Of a stretch of DNA of 54,407 nt, positions 19,445-29,247 are shown piece by piece. The notes under the pieces are model-generated. The model searched no databases, was not told the DNA's origin, and saw nothing but the letters and a program-made list of their open reading frames with translations. This DNA comes from Deltaproteobacteria bacterium (lineage in GTDB: Bacteria > Desulfobacterota > Syntrophia > Syntrophales > UBA2210). A program made the position numbers and the translations under genes. The stretch spans positions 1 through 54,407 of the forward strand of contig JAPLJO010000167.1 of the NCBI GenBank assembly GCA_026388515.1, in the 5' to 3' direction. The first letter of the stretch is position 1; each line of letters begins with the position of its first letter.

Positions 19445-20329
19445 ATGCTGCAAGATCCCGGCTATCTCGTTAACCGGCACCGCCGCTCCGTCCGCTTCCC
19501 CGGGCTCCTCGGTGCGCGGCTGCGCGCGGGCTCGACCGGATCCTTGCAGGCGGCGGGAGTCGGCGACGGAATCCTGATCCATCCCGACAAGGCCTTCTTC
19601 GCCGTCGGAGACGGTTCCGACCGGAATCCGCGGGCTGTCCGGCAGGCAATGGAGTGCTTCGTCGCGCTGCTGGAGGGATTCCCCGGTCTGAAGGCGGGCA
19701 GGATTTACCGGGAAGAGGAAGCGGCTGAACTCCGTGACAGCGTCCTTCTGGCCGCGGCCGGACTGATCAGGGATCTCTATCCGTCCGACGGCTGCACCTT
19801 CACCGGCATCCTGCTCTTCAGGACGGCCGGCGGTTTTCGAGGCCTGTTGTTTCATGCGGGAGACAGCCTTCTGTACCGGATCGACACGGAGAGCGGAGAA
19901 ACCCAAAGGCTGACGGAGAACAACTTCTGGTTCGTCGGCCGGACGAGCCGGTTTTCCCAGGTAGAGGAAATTCCGCTCCGGCCCTCCTCCCTCCTGCTTC
20001 TCGCCACCGACGGATTCGCCGCGCTGCTCCCGTCCGGAGAGGGCGACGGGACTTCCCTCGGGGAGGTCTGCCGCCGTCATCCGGTGGAGGAGCTCCCGGA
20101 CCTCCTGTTCGATCGGTATGACCGGCCCGGGGAGGTCCTTGATGACGCGGCGGTCCTGTGCCTTGTCCCCGCCGGACAGACGGGCGGCAGTTGTCAACCG
20201 ATCATCCTCGGGGGAACAAATGCCGAGGAGGAAAAACAAAGGAGCAAAGACATCCGGGAGCATCCTCCGGGAGACTGCTACCAAAGCGGTACCCCGGACA
20301 CCGCAGCAGGCTGCGGGGCGATTTTATAG
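19445..20329 (+). CDS. PP2C-like metal-dependent phosphatase
   Basis: FAVGDG, HAGDSLLY, LLATDG, DDAAV motifs; AGGAG RBS. Confidence 0.75.
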   Translation: MLQDPGYLVNRHRRSVRFPGLLGARLRAGSTGSLQAAGVGDGILIHPDKAFFAVGDGSDRNPRAVRQAMECFVALLEGFPGLKAGRIYREEEAAELRDSVLLAAAGLIRDLYPSDGCTFTGILLFRTAGGFRGLLFHAGDSLLYRIDTESGETQRLTENNFWFVGRTSRFSQVEEIPLRPSSLLLLATDGFAALLPSGEGDGTSLGEVCRRHPVEELPDLLFDRYDRPGEVLDDAAVLCLVPAGQTGGSCQPIILGGTNAEEEKQRSKDIREHPPGDCYQSGTPDTAAGCGAIL

Positions 20330-20367
20330 AAGGAATCGGAAGATTCCGTAAACACAAGGGAGGATCC

Positions 20368-21507
20368 ATGTACAACGAATATTTCAGTGAATCGCATACC
20401 ATGTTGCGGGACAGCATCCGCCGTTTCATCGCACGGGAAATCACACCTCATCTCGACAAATGGGAAGAAGAGGGGATCATTCCCCTGGAGCTTTACAAGA
20501 AGGCCGGCGATGCCGGGTTTATCGGGCTCGGCTATCCTGAGGAGTATGGAGGAACGCCCGGCGACATCTTCCACCAGGTGGCCTACATGGAGGAGATCAT
20601 GCGCTGCGGTGCCGTGGGTCTCGCGTCGAGCCTCGGCGTCAGCGCCATTGCGGTGCCGCCCATCCTGGTCCTGGGCACCGAGGAGCAGAAGAAAAAGTAT
20701 GTCCCTCCGGTTCTGGCGGGCGACAAGATCGCCGTCCTGGGCGTCACGGAGCCGAGCGGTGGCTCCGATGTGGCGAACCTTCTCACGCGGGCCGTCCGGA
20801 AGGGTGACCGGTACATCGTCAACGGGTCGAAGACCTTCATTACCAGCGGCACCCGGGCGGACTACGTAACCACCGCCGTCAGGACCGGCGGGCCGGGCCA
20901 CAAGGGAATCAGCATCCTGATCATCGAAAAAGGCACGCCGGGGTTCACCGTCTCGAAGAAACTCGAAAAGATGGGCTGGTGGTCTTCCGACACGGCGGAG
21001 TTGAGCTTCCAGGACTGCGAGGTCCCCGCCGAAAACCTCCTCGGTGAAGAAAACAAGGGCTTTGCCGGAATCATGGTCAATTTCCAGAAGGAGCGGCTCT
21101 ACCTCGCGGTGGAAGCCCACGCCGTGGCTGAGCTGGCCCTGGAGGAATCGATCAAGTACGCCAGGGAGCGCGTCGCCTTCGGCAAGCCCCTGACGGGCTT
21201 CCAGGTGACCCGGCACAAGCTGGCCGAAATGGCGACCCTCGTGGAGGCATCCAAGCAGCTCAACTACAGCATCGCCGCCAAGATCGGAAACGGGCAGCCG
21301 TGCTTCAAGGAAGTCTGCATGGCGAAAAACTTCGCCACGAAGGCCTGCGACCGGGTGGTATACGATGCCGTCCAGATCCACGGCGGCTATGGCTACTGCC
21401 GTGAATACGTCGTGGAGCGCCTCTACCGCGATTCCCGTCTCTTCGCCATCGGCGGCGGGACGTACGAAATCATGAACGAAGTTATAAGCAAGCAGATGGG
21501 GCTGTAG
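20368..21507 (+). CDS. Acyl-CoA dehydrogenase (AtuD/LCAD-like)
   Basis: GVTEPSGGSD, NGSKTFITSG, KMGWWSSDTAEL, QIHGGYG, IGGGTYEI; start after GGAGG (track starts at 20158). Confidence 0.92.
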   Translation: MYNEYFSESHTMLRDSIRRFIAREITPHLDKWEEEGIIPLELYKKAGDAGFIGLGYPEEYGGTPGDIFHQVAYMEEIMRCGAVGLASSLGVSAIAVPPILVLGTEEQKKKYVPPVLAGDKIAVLGVTEPSGGSDVANLLTRAVRKGDRYIVNGSKTFITSGTRADYVTTAVRTGGPGHKGISILIIEKGTPGFTVSKKLEKMGWWSSDTAELSFQDCEVPAENLLGEENKGFAGIMVNFQKERLYLAVEAHAVAELALEESIKYARERVAFGKPLTGFQVTRHKLAEMATLVEASKQLNYSIAAKIGNGQPCFKEVCMAKNFATKACDRVVYDAVQIHGGYGYCREYVVERLYRDSRLFAIGGGTYEIMNEVISKQMGL

Positions 21508-21522
21508 ACAGGGGTATTCACC

Positions 21523-22170
21523 GTGGAAATGGACCTCCACATTCACACGAACCGCTACTCCGGGTGCAGCAACCTGGATCCGTCGGCCCTCCTCCGGAAG
21601 GCCCGCGATGTGGGGCTGGACGGGATCGTCCTGACGGAGCACGGCATCCGCTGGTCCGATGAGAACCTCCGGGAACTCGTCGAGGCAAGCGGCGTGAAGG
21701 ACCTGCTGGTCCTGGTGGGGCAGGAGGTGGCCTGCTACACCCCGCGGGGCGAATTTCAGGGGGAATTCCTGCTGTTCGGTTATCCCCGGAGTCTCGGGTC
21801 GAGCCGTTCCCTTGAGGTGATTCTCAAACTTGTCCATGGAGAAGGGGGCGTCGTCATCGCCGCCCATCCCTTTAAAAAGATAATTTCCGCCAATGGCGAC
21901 GGGTTTTACGGGGCCGGACACCTTGTGTATGAGTACGACCTGGACGGACTCGAAGTGGCCCATCCGTCCTATGACCGTGAAAGCACCGCCCTGGCGGAAG
22001 AGGCCATGAGGAAGCGGAACCTCGCCGGCATCGGCTGTAGCGATGCTCACGACCTGATGAGCGTCGGCCTCTGCCGGTCCGTATTCCCGGACCCTGTCAC
22101 CGACATGGAGGGCCTCTGCGAGGCGATCCGGGAGCGCCGCGTAAAAGCGATCTCCATGAAAGCAGTTTAA
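21523..22170 (+). CDS. PHP-domain metallophosphoesterase
   Basis: DLHIHT, LTEH, AAHP, GCSDAH motifs. Confidence 0.85.
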   Translation: MEMDLHIHTNRYSGCSNLDPSALLRKARDVGLDGIVLTEHGIRWSDENLRELVEASGVKDLLVLVGQEVACYTPRGEFQGEFLLFGYPRSLGSSRSLEVILKLVHGEGGVVIAAHPFKKIISANGDGFYGAGHLVYEYDLDGLEVAHPSYDRESTALAEEAMRKRNLAGIGCSDAHDLMSVGLCRSVFPDPVTDMEGLCEAIRERRVKAISMKAV

Positions 22171-22211
22171 TCCAGTTCCCTTATCAGCCGAACGGGCTCC
22201 GGATATTGATA

Positions 22212-22231
22212 ATGACTAACTGATCAATCAT
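22212..22231. promoter_or_regulatory. Second copy of the TetR-type operator
   Basis: ATGACTAACTGATCAATCAT, 15/20 identical to ACGACTGACCAATCAGTCAT at 16390-16409. Confidence 0.5.
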
Positions 22232-22255
22232 AAATTTACAGAAGGAGGCGTTGCA

Positions 22256-23719
22256 ATGTCGAACAAGTTCAAGGTACCCCGTAATCCTGAAGAGATCATG
22301 ACATGGATCAACAGCATACCCATGTACCGGGAGGATCATCCGAACGATCTTTCTTTTAAAAGCAAAGAAGCCATTCGAGACATTCAGGATGCATGCCTGG
22401 TAAAACAGATGGACCGCCTGGAAAAATTCAGCCCGTACTACCGGGAGAGATTCAAGGAATGGGGTCTGGATCCCACGTCGATCAAGACCATTGATGATCT
22501 TGAAAAAGTGCCGCTGACCGGCAAGGGCGACTTTATGAAAGACCGCGGCGAATCCTTCAAGCTGGATATGGATTTTGCCAACATCATGGAATACATTCTT
22601 TACGAGATCACGTATACGACGGGCACCACGACGGGGATGCCCTCCCGTTTTTACAACACGACATACGACATGTTCATGCAGTCCTGGATGTTCCGGATCG
22701 GATGCAAGATCTGCTATCTTGAGCCGGACGATATTCTCATGAATCTCTTTCCATTCCACTTCATTCCCCATATCGGGTACTACAAGACGCTCCATTTTGC
22801 CTCTGCAGTGGGGATGACTCTGTGCTTCGGCTTCACCGGCGCGGCTCTGCCCGGATTCCCCCACAACATCCACCGGTCCATGCAGCAGGCCATCGAGGAC
22901 ATTGAAAAGAAGAAAGTCAATGCCATCTCGGGCATTGCTTCCTATATACGCCGTCTCATCATTACGGCCGAAGAGCAGGGCAGGGATTTTTCCCGGATCA
23001 ACAAGATTCAGGCCCTGGGCGAGCCGGTTCCCAAAGGAATGCGCGAAGACATGCGGCGCCGCCTCCAGGGGATGGGTGCCGGAGAAGTCTTTATCAGCAA
23101 CGCCTTCGGTTTTACGGAAGGCCAGACCGCGTTTCAGGAATGCCGGGAGCTCGGAGGGGCCCATAGCGGGACACCCCAGCTTTACTATTTTGAGGCTGTT
23201 GACGAGAGCGGCAAGCGAAAGCCCGATGGTGAACCGGGACTGCTCGCCATCACGCACCTGGACCGGCGGGGCACGTGTCTCCTGCGCTATCTTGTGGGAG
23301 ATATTGTTGCCGTCACGAACGAGCCATGCCCCCACTGCGGACGGAACGATCAGCGGCTCGTCACGGCGGCGGGCAGCACGTATGGGACCCGCACCAAGGA
23401 ACTCATGAAGGTGAAAGGAACCCTGATCAACCCTGAGATTATGAGGGATGCCGTGGCCAATACGCCGGGCGTGATCGAATACCAGTTTATCATCACCAAG
23501 GAGAAAGCCGACGATCCGTATTCGATGGATGTGCTGAAGCTCAAGGTCGGAGCGGATGCCGGCGTCGATCTCAAGAAGCTCGAATCAACCCTCAAGGAGA
23601 AAGTGAAGAGGGCGGTAGAACTCACGCCCAGGGTGGAGTTTGTCCAGTGCTCCGATATCTTCAACCCCGGCCAGACGCTCAAGGCCACCCGTGTGATTGA
23701 CGAGCGGCCCCAGGGATAA
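22256..23719 (+). CDS. Phenylacetate-CoA ligase (PaaK)-family adenylate-forming enzyme
   Basis: YTTGTTTGMP P-loop, FGFTE, GEPGLLAIT, LLRYLVGD, KVKGTLINP, RVIDER. Confidence 0.85.
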   Translation: MSNKFKVPRNPEEIMTWINSIPMYREDHPNDLSFKSKEAIRDIQDACLVKQMDRLEKFSPYYRERFKEWGLDPTSIKTIDDLEKVPLTGKGDFMKDRGESFKLDMDFANIMEYILYEITYTTGTTTGMPSRFYNTTYDMFMQSWMFRIGCKICYLEPDDILMNLFPFHFIPHIGYYKTLHFASAVGMTLCFGFTGAALPGFPHNIHRSMQQAIEDIEKKKVNAISGIASYIRRLIITAEEQGRDFSRINKIQALGEPVPKGMREDMRRRLQGMGAGEVFISNAFGFTEGQTAFQECRELGGAHSGTPQLYYFEAVDESGKRKPDGEPGLLAITHLDRRGTCLLRYLVGDIVAVTNEPCPHCGRNDQRLVTAAGSTYGTRTKELMKVKGTLINPEIMRDAVANTPGVIEYQFIITKEKADDPYSMDVLKLKVGADAGVDLKKLESTLKEKVKRAVELTPRVEFVQCSDIFNPGQTLKATRVIDERPQG

Positions 23720-23776
23720 GCCAATGACAGACTTGTGCGGTCTTGATCCAGGATAATGCACACGAGCGGTGATTGG

Positions 23777-25159
23777 ATGAACCATTATGACGCTGTCATC
23801 ATCGGTGCGGGTATTGCCGGCCTCGGCGTTGCCGGCCTTCTCCAGGGCAGGGGATTGAAGACCGTGGTGCTTGAGAAAAGCAAAACCCCCGGCGGACGAT
23901 CGAAGACCTATGAACTGCCCGGGGGATGGAAGGTGGACACGGGAACCCACTGTGTCGATCTCGGTAAATATTCCGCATGCGCCACCCTGCTGCGGAAGCT
24001 GGGAAAGGAAATCGCCTGGTCGCGCAATCTCGAGGGCTTCATGTTTTATGACGGGGGTACATGGAAACCCATGACGGAGTATCTCGCCCTCAGCCCGAAG
24101 GAGATACGTAAGCTTGCGGAGATGGAGAATTGGATACGGCAGACCGGTGATGAAGAGATCGACGCCCTTGACAATGTGTCGCTGACGAAATTCATTGAGG
24201 AGAAAGTTTCTTCACCCCGGATTGCGGAATTCGTGAAGACGGTGGGCATGGTTCAGACAACTCTGACGGAGGCGGATATTATTTCTGCAGGAGAATTCGT
24301 CGCCATCTACCGGGATTCGCTGCGGCTCAGTTCCCGAAACAATTTTCCCTTTGACAACGTGAGAATGCCCGTCGGCGGGATAGCCACGATGATCGGGGCC
24401 ATGGCGGAGGCATATACGGAATGGGGCGGCGCGCTTCTGCCGGGTACTCCTGTCCGCCGCGTCAACGTGAAGTTGGGCGGGCTTATGGAGGCCGTGACGG
24501 ATAATGAAACGTTCCGGGCTCCCGTCGCAGTTATCGCAGCGCCCATCTGGCACATGCTCAAGGTGCTTTCAATGGAGGAAATGTCCGGATTCGTGCCGGA
24601 GTGGACAGTGCGCATGCGCGGCTTTGAGAGGGAAACAAGCGCATCCATGGGGTTCACCATCGGGACGAAAGCGCCCCTTTTCACAAGCCCATGCTATTTG
24701 TCCGCACGGCGCCTCCCCGATATGGATCTCCCTTTACAGATTCTGGGACACTCGCTGTTCGATGACACCATCGCACCCCCCGGCCACATGGTCGCCTTCA
24801 TGGGCGCCTGCTGCACGCCGGCTCAGGCGATTGACAAGGATTTCCGCGAGAAAACCCTCGCCGCATTCTGGGAATTATTGAAAAAAATGTTCCCCTCAAT
24901 GGAAGCCGATCTCCTGTGGAAGCATGACGGCTTCTATGTGGGAATCGACGGGCTGAGCCGCTCTCCGGGCATGACGGGCCGCTACAGACCGCCGGTGTAT
25001 CTGCCGGAGGTACCCGGACTTTATTTTGCAGGCGACTGCTATACGGGCCGCGGCGTCGGGATGAATGCGGCGGCGAACTCGGCGATGATCTGCGCGGATA
25101 CAATTCTGAAGCAATTCAATACAACTACAAAAACCATCAGGAAGGAGGAATCACAGTGA
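23777..25159 (+). CDS. Phytoene desaturase-family (COG1233) FAD oxidoreductase #1
   Basis: IIGAGIAGL, E...PGGR, VDTGTH, PVGG, VPGLYFAGD...GVGMNAA; track start 23756. Confidence 0.85.
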   Translation: MNHYDAVIIGAGIAGLGVAGLLQGRGLKTVVLEKSKTPGGRSKTYELPGGWKVDTGTHCVDLGKYSACATLLRKLGKEIAWSRNLEGFMFYDGGTWKPMTEYLALSPKEIRKLAEMENWIRQTGDEEIDALDNVSLTKFIEEKVSSPRIAEFVKTVGMVQTTLTEADIISAGEFVAIYRDSLRLSSRNNFPFDNVRMPVGGIATMIGAMAEAYTEWGGALLPGTPVRRVNVKLGGLMEAVTDNETFRAPVAVIAAPIWHMLKVLSMEEMSGFVPEWTVRMRGFERETSASMGFTIGTKAPLFTSPCYLSARRLPDMDLPLQILGHSLFDDTIAPPGHMVAFMGACCTPAQAIDKDFREKTLAAFWELLKKMFPSMEADLLWKHDGFYVGIDGLSRSPGMTGRYRPPVYLPEVPGLYFAGDCYTGRGVGMNAAANSAMICADTILKQFNTTTKTIRKEESQ

Positions 25160-26043
25160 ACGTACAGAAGATCACCGTATTAGGTGCCGGCACCATGGGA
25201 CACGGCATTGCGCAGGCCGCCATAGCGGCGGGATTCAACGCGGTCCTCTATGACGTCAGCCGGGAATTCGTTGACAAGGGAGCGGGCCGGATCAGGAAAA
25301 GCCTCGCAAAACGTGTGGAGAAGGGAAAGCTGAAGGATGAAGAGATGAAGGCGATTCTCTCACGTTTGACGACCGCCACGGACCTCAAGGAAGCGGCCGC
25401 CGGCGCGGATTTTGTGGTCGAGGCTGTTCCCGAAAATCTGGATCTCAAGAAAAAGATCTTCGCGGAGCTGGACAGGATCTGCAAGCCCGAAGCCATTCTG
25501 GCGACGAACACGTCCGTGCTGTCCGTCACTGCCATGGCGGGGGCGACGCAGCGGAAGGACCAGGTGGTGGGCACCCATTTCTTCAATCCCGCCGCGGTCA
25601 TGAAGCTGGTGGAAATCGTGTGCCCGATCGGCGTCTCGGAGAGCATTGTCGCGATTGCACTCGACACCATGAAAAAGATGGGCAAAGTTCCCATCCGTGT
25701 GAAGGACACCCCGGGCTTCATCGTGAACCGCCTCCTGGGACCGTTGTACATGACCGCAGCCCAGATGGTTCTGGAAGGCACGGCATCGGCGGAAGATATT
25801 GACACGGCGATGAAGCTTGGAGCGGGTCATCCCATGGGACCCTGCGAACTGGCCGATTTCGGAGGCTTCGATGTCATCCAGATGGCCCAGGATTCCGTCT
25901 TTGAATATACCCACTCGGAATCGGACAAGCTCAATATCCTTTACCGAAAGATGATCGAGGCGGGACGGCTTGGATTCAAGAACGGCAAGGGTTTCTACGA
26001 TTATCTGCCGGATGGCACCAAGAAACCATTCAAAGTCTTTTAG
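25156..26043 (+). CDS. 3-hydroxyacyl-CoA dehydrogenase
   Basis: GAGTMGHG, EAVPE, ATNTS, HFFNP, PGFIVNRL, HPMGP. Confidence 0.92.
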   Translation: MNVQKITVLGAGTMGHGIAQAAIAAGFNAVLYDVSREFVDKGAGRIRKSLAKRVEKGKLKDEEMKAILSRLTTATDLKEAAAGADFVVEAVPENLDLKKKIFAELDRICKPEAILATNTSVLSVTAMAGATQRKDQVVGTHFFNPAAVMKLVEIVCPIGVSESIVAIALDTMKKMGKVPIRVKDTPGFIVNRLLGPLYMTAAQMVLEGTASAEDIDTAMKLGAGHPMGPCELADFGGFDVIQMAQDSVFEYTHSESDKLNILYRKMIEAGRLGFKNGKGFYDYLPDGTKKPFKVF

Positions 26044-26056
26044 GAGGACGCATACT

Positions 26057-26842
26057 ATGGACTACAAAGATATTCTTGTTACCAAAGATGGAGCAGTAGC
26101 CACCATCGCCATCAATCGCCCCGAGGTCCTCAACGCCATCCGGGACAATACCATGTTTGAAATCCAGGACGCGCTGAATGACATAGAAAAGGATGATGCC
26201 ATTCGCGTGGTAGTGCTCACCGGGACGGGGGACAAAGCGTTTGTGGCGGGTGGCGATATTTCCATCATGGCCAAGGGAGCGGGATACCTCGACGTCATCC
26301 ACGGACTGCCGGCCGGTCAGCAGATCACCTGGAACATTGAACATTTCAGGAAACCGGTCGTAGCGAGGATCAACGGAATTGCCCTGGGCGGCGGAACGGA
26401 GCTGGCCTTGTGCTGCGATATCCGCGTGGCGGCCGATACGGCGATTATGGGAGTCCCTGAAATCAATCTCGGAATTATCCCCGGCTACGGCGGCACCCAG
26501 CGTCTCCCGAGGATTGTCGGCACGGGCATGGCCAAAAAGATGGTGTTGACGGGTGAGCATATCAGCGCCCAGGAGGCGTACCGGATTGGTCTCGTGGATG
26601 TGCTCGCACCAAAAGCAGAACTGGATGATGCCGTCGCCAAGCTGTGCAAACGCATCGCCTCCAAAAGTCCTATAGCCCTCGCCATGGGCAAGGAAGCCAT
26701 CAACATGGGGATGCAGGCGGATTTGCGCACGGGGCTTTCCATTGAAGCCCGCTGCTTCTGCATGTGCTTCGGGTCGGAGGACCGGGTGGAAGGAATGAAT
26801 GCGTTCCTGGAAAAGCGGAAACCCGATTTCAAGGGACGCTGA
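26057..26842 (+). CDS. Enoyl-CoA hydratase (crotonase family)
   Basis: NRPEVLNA, AFVAGGDI, ALGGGTE, PEINLGIIPGYGGTQRL; start after AGGAGG. Confidence 0.92.
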   Translation: MDYKDILVTKDGAVATIAINRPEVLNAIRDNTMFEIQDALNDIEKDDAIRVVVLTGTGDKAFVAGGDISIMAKGAGYLDVIHGLPAGQQITWNIEHFRKPVVARINGIALGGGTELALCCDIRVAADTAIMGVPEINLGIIPGYGGTQRLPRIVGTGMAKKMVLTGEHISAQEAYRIGLVDVLAPKAELDDAVAKLCKRIASKSPIALAMGKEAINMGMQADLRTGLSIEARCFCMCFGSEDRVEGMNAFLEKRKPDFKGR

Positions 26843-26868
26843 TAACCTGTATGATGAGGAGTGATATT

Positions 26869-28053
26869 ATGAGAGAAGTCTTTATCGTGGATGGCGCAAG
26901 GACACCAATCGGCCGGATGGGCGGAGCGCTCGCGGCCTTCCGCCCCGAGGAGCTGGCGGCTTTCGCACTCAAGGGCCTGCTGGATAAAACCAAAATCGAC
27001 CCCTCGATTGTCGAGGACATACTGATCGGCCATGCATGTACGAACAATGCCGCGGTGAACATCGCCCGCTGGGCTGCGCTGAAGGCCGGCTTCCCTGTGA
27101 CGGGGACGGCACAAACCATTGAACGGCAGTGCGGTTCCTCACTTCAAACGATCAATACGGCGGCGGCAAATATCCTTGCCGACTTCGGCGAGGTGTATAT
27201 CGCCGGCGGCTGCGAGAGCTGGAGCAACCAGCCGTATCTGATGGAGCGCCAGAAGGCGCCCTATTCACTTTCTCCGAATGCATGGATTACGCGTGAAGTG
27301 GGGCCGACCCCGGACACGAATGTCCCCATGGGCATCATCGCCGAGGGCCTGGCGTCTGAATGGTCGGTGACGAGAGAGGAACAGGACCGGTGTGCCCTCC
27401 GCAGCCAGGAGTGCGCAATCCGGGCCATTGATGCGGGACACTTCAAGGATGAGATCGTTCCGATTAGTATTCCACAGAAAAAGGGAGACCCGGTGATCTT
27501 CGACCGGGACGAGCACCCGCGGGCTACCAGCATGGAAAAGCTCGCCGCACTGAGGCCGGTTTTCAAGAAGGACGGCACCGTGACCGCGGGCAACTCATCG
27601 GGACTGAACGACGGGGGTGTGGCCGTGCTGCTGATGTCCCGGCAGAAATGCGAAGCGCTGACACTCAAGCCGCTGGGGCGATTTGTGGCATGTGCCCTGG
27701 CGGGAGTGGAGCCCCGGTACATGGGAATCGCGCCGGCGTATGCGGTTCCCAAGGTGCTGGCAAAAGCGGGCCTGAAACTCGAAGACATGTCCGTCATCGA
27801 ATGCAATGAGGCCTTCGCCGCCCAGACTCTCGCCGTGATGAAAGAGCTGGCCAAAAATGGCCACAAAGTGGAAGAGGATAAATGGAACCCCAACGGCGGA
27901 GCCATTGCCTTTGGACATCCGAACGGCATGAGCGGCGGTCGCCTGGCCCTGGCAGTCCTCCATCAGCTTCGCCGGACAGGTGATCGCTATGGTCTCGCGA
28001 CGCTCTGCATCGGCGGCGGCCAGGGAATAGCCACCATCTTCGAGAGCGTGTAA
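26869..28053 (+). CDS. Acetyl-CoA C-acyltransferase (canonical thiolase)
   Basis: RQCGSS, NEAF, GHP, CIGGGQG, all catalytic residues present; start after GAGGAG. Confidence 0.92.
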   Translation: MREVFIVDGARTPIGRMGGALAAFRPEELAAFALKGLLDKTKIDPSIVEDILIGHACTNNAAVNIARWAALKAGFPVTGTAQTIERQCGSSLQTINTAAANILADFGEVYIAGGCESWSNQPYLMERQKAPYSLSPNAWITREVGPTPDTNVPMGIIAEGLASEWSVTREEQDRCALRSQECAIRAIDAGHFKDEIVPISIPQKKGDPVIFDRDEHPRATSMEKLAALRPVFKKDGTVTAGNSSGLNDGGVAVLLMSRQKCEALTLKPLGRFVACALAGVEPRYMGIAPAYAVPKVLAKAGLKLEDMSVIECNEAFAAQTLAVMKELAKNGHKVEEDKWNPNGGAIAFGHPNGMSGGRLALAVLHQLRRTGDRYGLATLCIGGGQGIATIFESV

Positions 28054-28086
28054 ATCCACCACAGCCGGTGACCAAGGGAGGTAGAC

Positions 28087-29232
28087 ATGTCAGATAGAGT
28101 TGCCATTGTAGGGGTGGCCCAAACACGGTTTGCTCCGAAGCGCCCGGACGTCAACTACGGAGAGATGGCATACGAAACCATCTCGCAGGTGCTCCGGCAG
28201 ACGAACCTGGCGCTGCCCGATGATATCGACAATGCCATCAGCTGTTCCCATGATATCTGGGATGGCCAGACCATTTCCAACATCAGCATCACGGATGTCA
28301 TCGGCGGACATCTCAGGACAGAGGAGAAAATGGCTCTCGATGGTTCGACAGCCGTTTATTATGGTGCGGTGGGCATCCTGTCGGGAGAATATTCCTGCAC
28401 CCTCCTGATGGCCCACACGAAAATGTCCCAGACGAACAGGAACATCGTCAACAATGTTGCATTCGATCCCATCTACAGCAGAATGCTGGGATTCGACTAC
28501 ACGTCCGCAGCGGCGCTGCAGGCAAGGCGCTACATGTACAAGTACGGCATCACCCGCGCGCAGATCGCCGAAGTCGTGGTGAAGAATCTGTCCAATGCCA
28601 GATTCAATCCATCGGCCCATCAATCCGGGGAAATTTCCATCGCGGATGTGCTGAGCTCTCCCGTGGTGGCTGCCCCGATCCACAGGCTGGACATTGCCCC
28701 CGATACCGATGGAGCCGTCGCCGTCATCCTCGCCTCGGAAGAGCGGGCAAAATCCATCACGGACAAACCGGTCTGGCTTCTGGGGATGGGGACCAGCTAT
28801 GACGCCCATTACCTGGGTGACCGCGATCTGGCGGACTGCCGCGCGCTGCAGCAAGCCGCAGAGCGCGCATATCGTATGGCCGGCATCAGGAATCCCCGCC
28901 GGTCTGCGGATCTCGCGGAAGTCGGTGATGAATTTTCGTATCAGGAGCTGCTCTGGATGGAAGGATTGGGCCTGTGTGACAAGGGAGATGCCGGTCGACT
29001 TGTCGAAAGCGGCGCCACTGCCATCGGCGGAAAACTTCCCGTGAATCCATCGGGCGGACTTTTATCGGGTGTACCGATCAATGTGGCCGGCCTGAACAGG
29101 GTCGCGGAGGCGGTGCTCCAATTGCGCGGTGAGGCGGGAGAACGCCAGGTCAAGGGTGCGAAGATCGCCATAGCCCAGGGACATAGCGGATTCTGCGGAC
29201 AGCACCAGTGTGTGCTGGTGCTCGGCAACTGA
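28087..29232 (+). CDS. Thiolase-superfamily protein lacking catalytic Cys/His (Ltp4-like)
   Basis: Thiolase-fold motifs (DGAVA, NPSGG), but MALDGSTA at the Cys position and GVP at GHP. Confidence 0.8.
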   Translation: MSDRVAIVGVAQTRFAPKRPDVNYGEMAYETISQVLRQTNLALPDDIDNAISCSHDIWDGQTISNISITDVIGGHLRTEEKMALDGSTAVYYGAVGILSGEYSCTLLMAHTKMSQTNRNIVNNVAFDPIYSRMLGFDYTSAAALQARRYMYKYGITRAQIAEVVVKNLSNARFNPSAHQSGEISIADVLSSPVVAAPIHRLDIAPDTDGAVAVILASEERAKSITDKPVWLLGMGTSYDAHYLGDRDLADCRALQQAAERAYRMAGIRNPRRSADLAEVGDEFSYQELLWMEGLGLCDKGDAGRLVESGATAIGGKLPVNPSGGLLSGVPINVAGLNRVAEAVLQLRGEAGERQVKGAKIAIAQGHSGFCGQHQCVLVLGN

Positions 29233-29247
29233 AAGACGGAGGAAGAT

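Noticed and set aside
20278-22050. 590-aa minus-strand ORF (and similar long antisense ORFs at 8760-10169, 22184-23335, 29062-30321, 34495-35541 and 47427-48458)
   Set aside because: Shadow ORFs opposite well-supported genes in GC-rich DNA; no recognisable motifs
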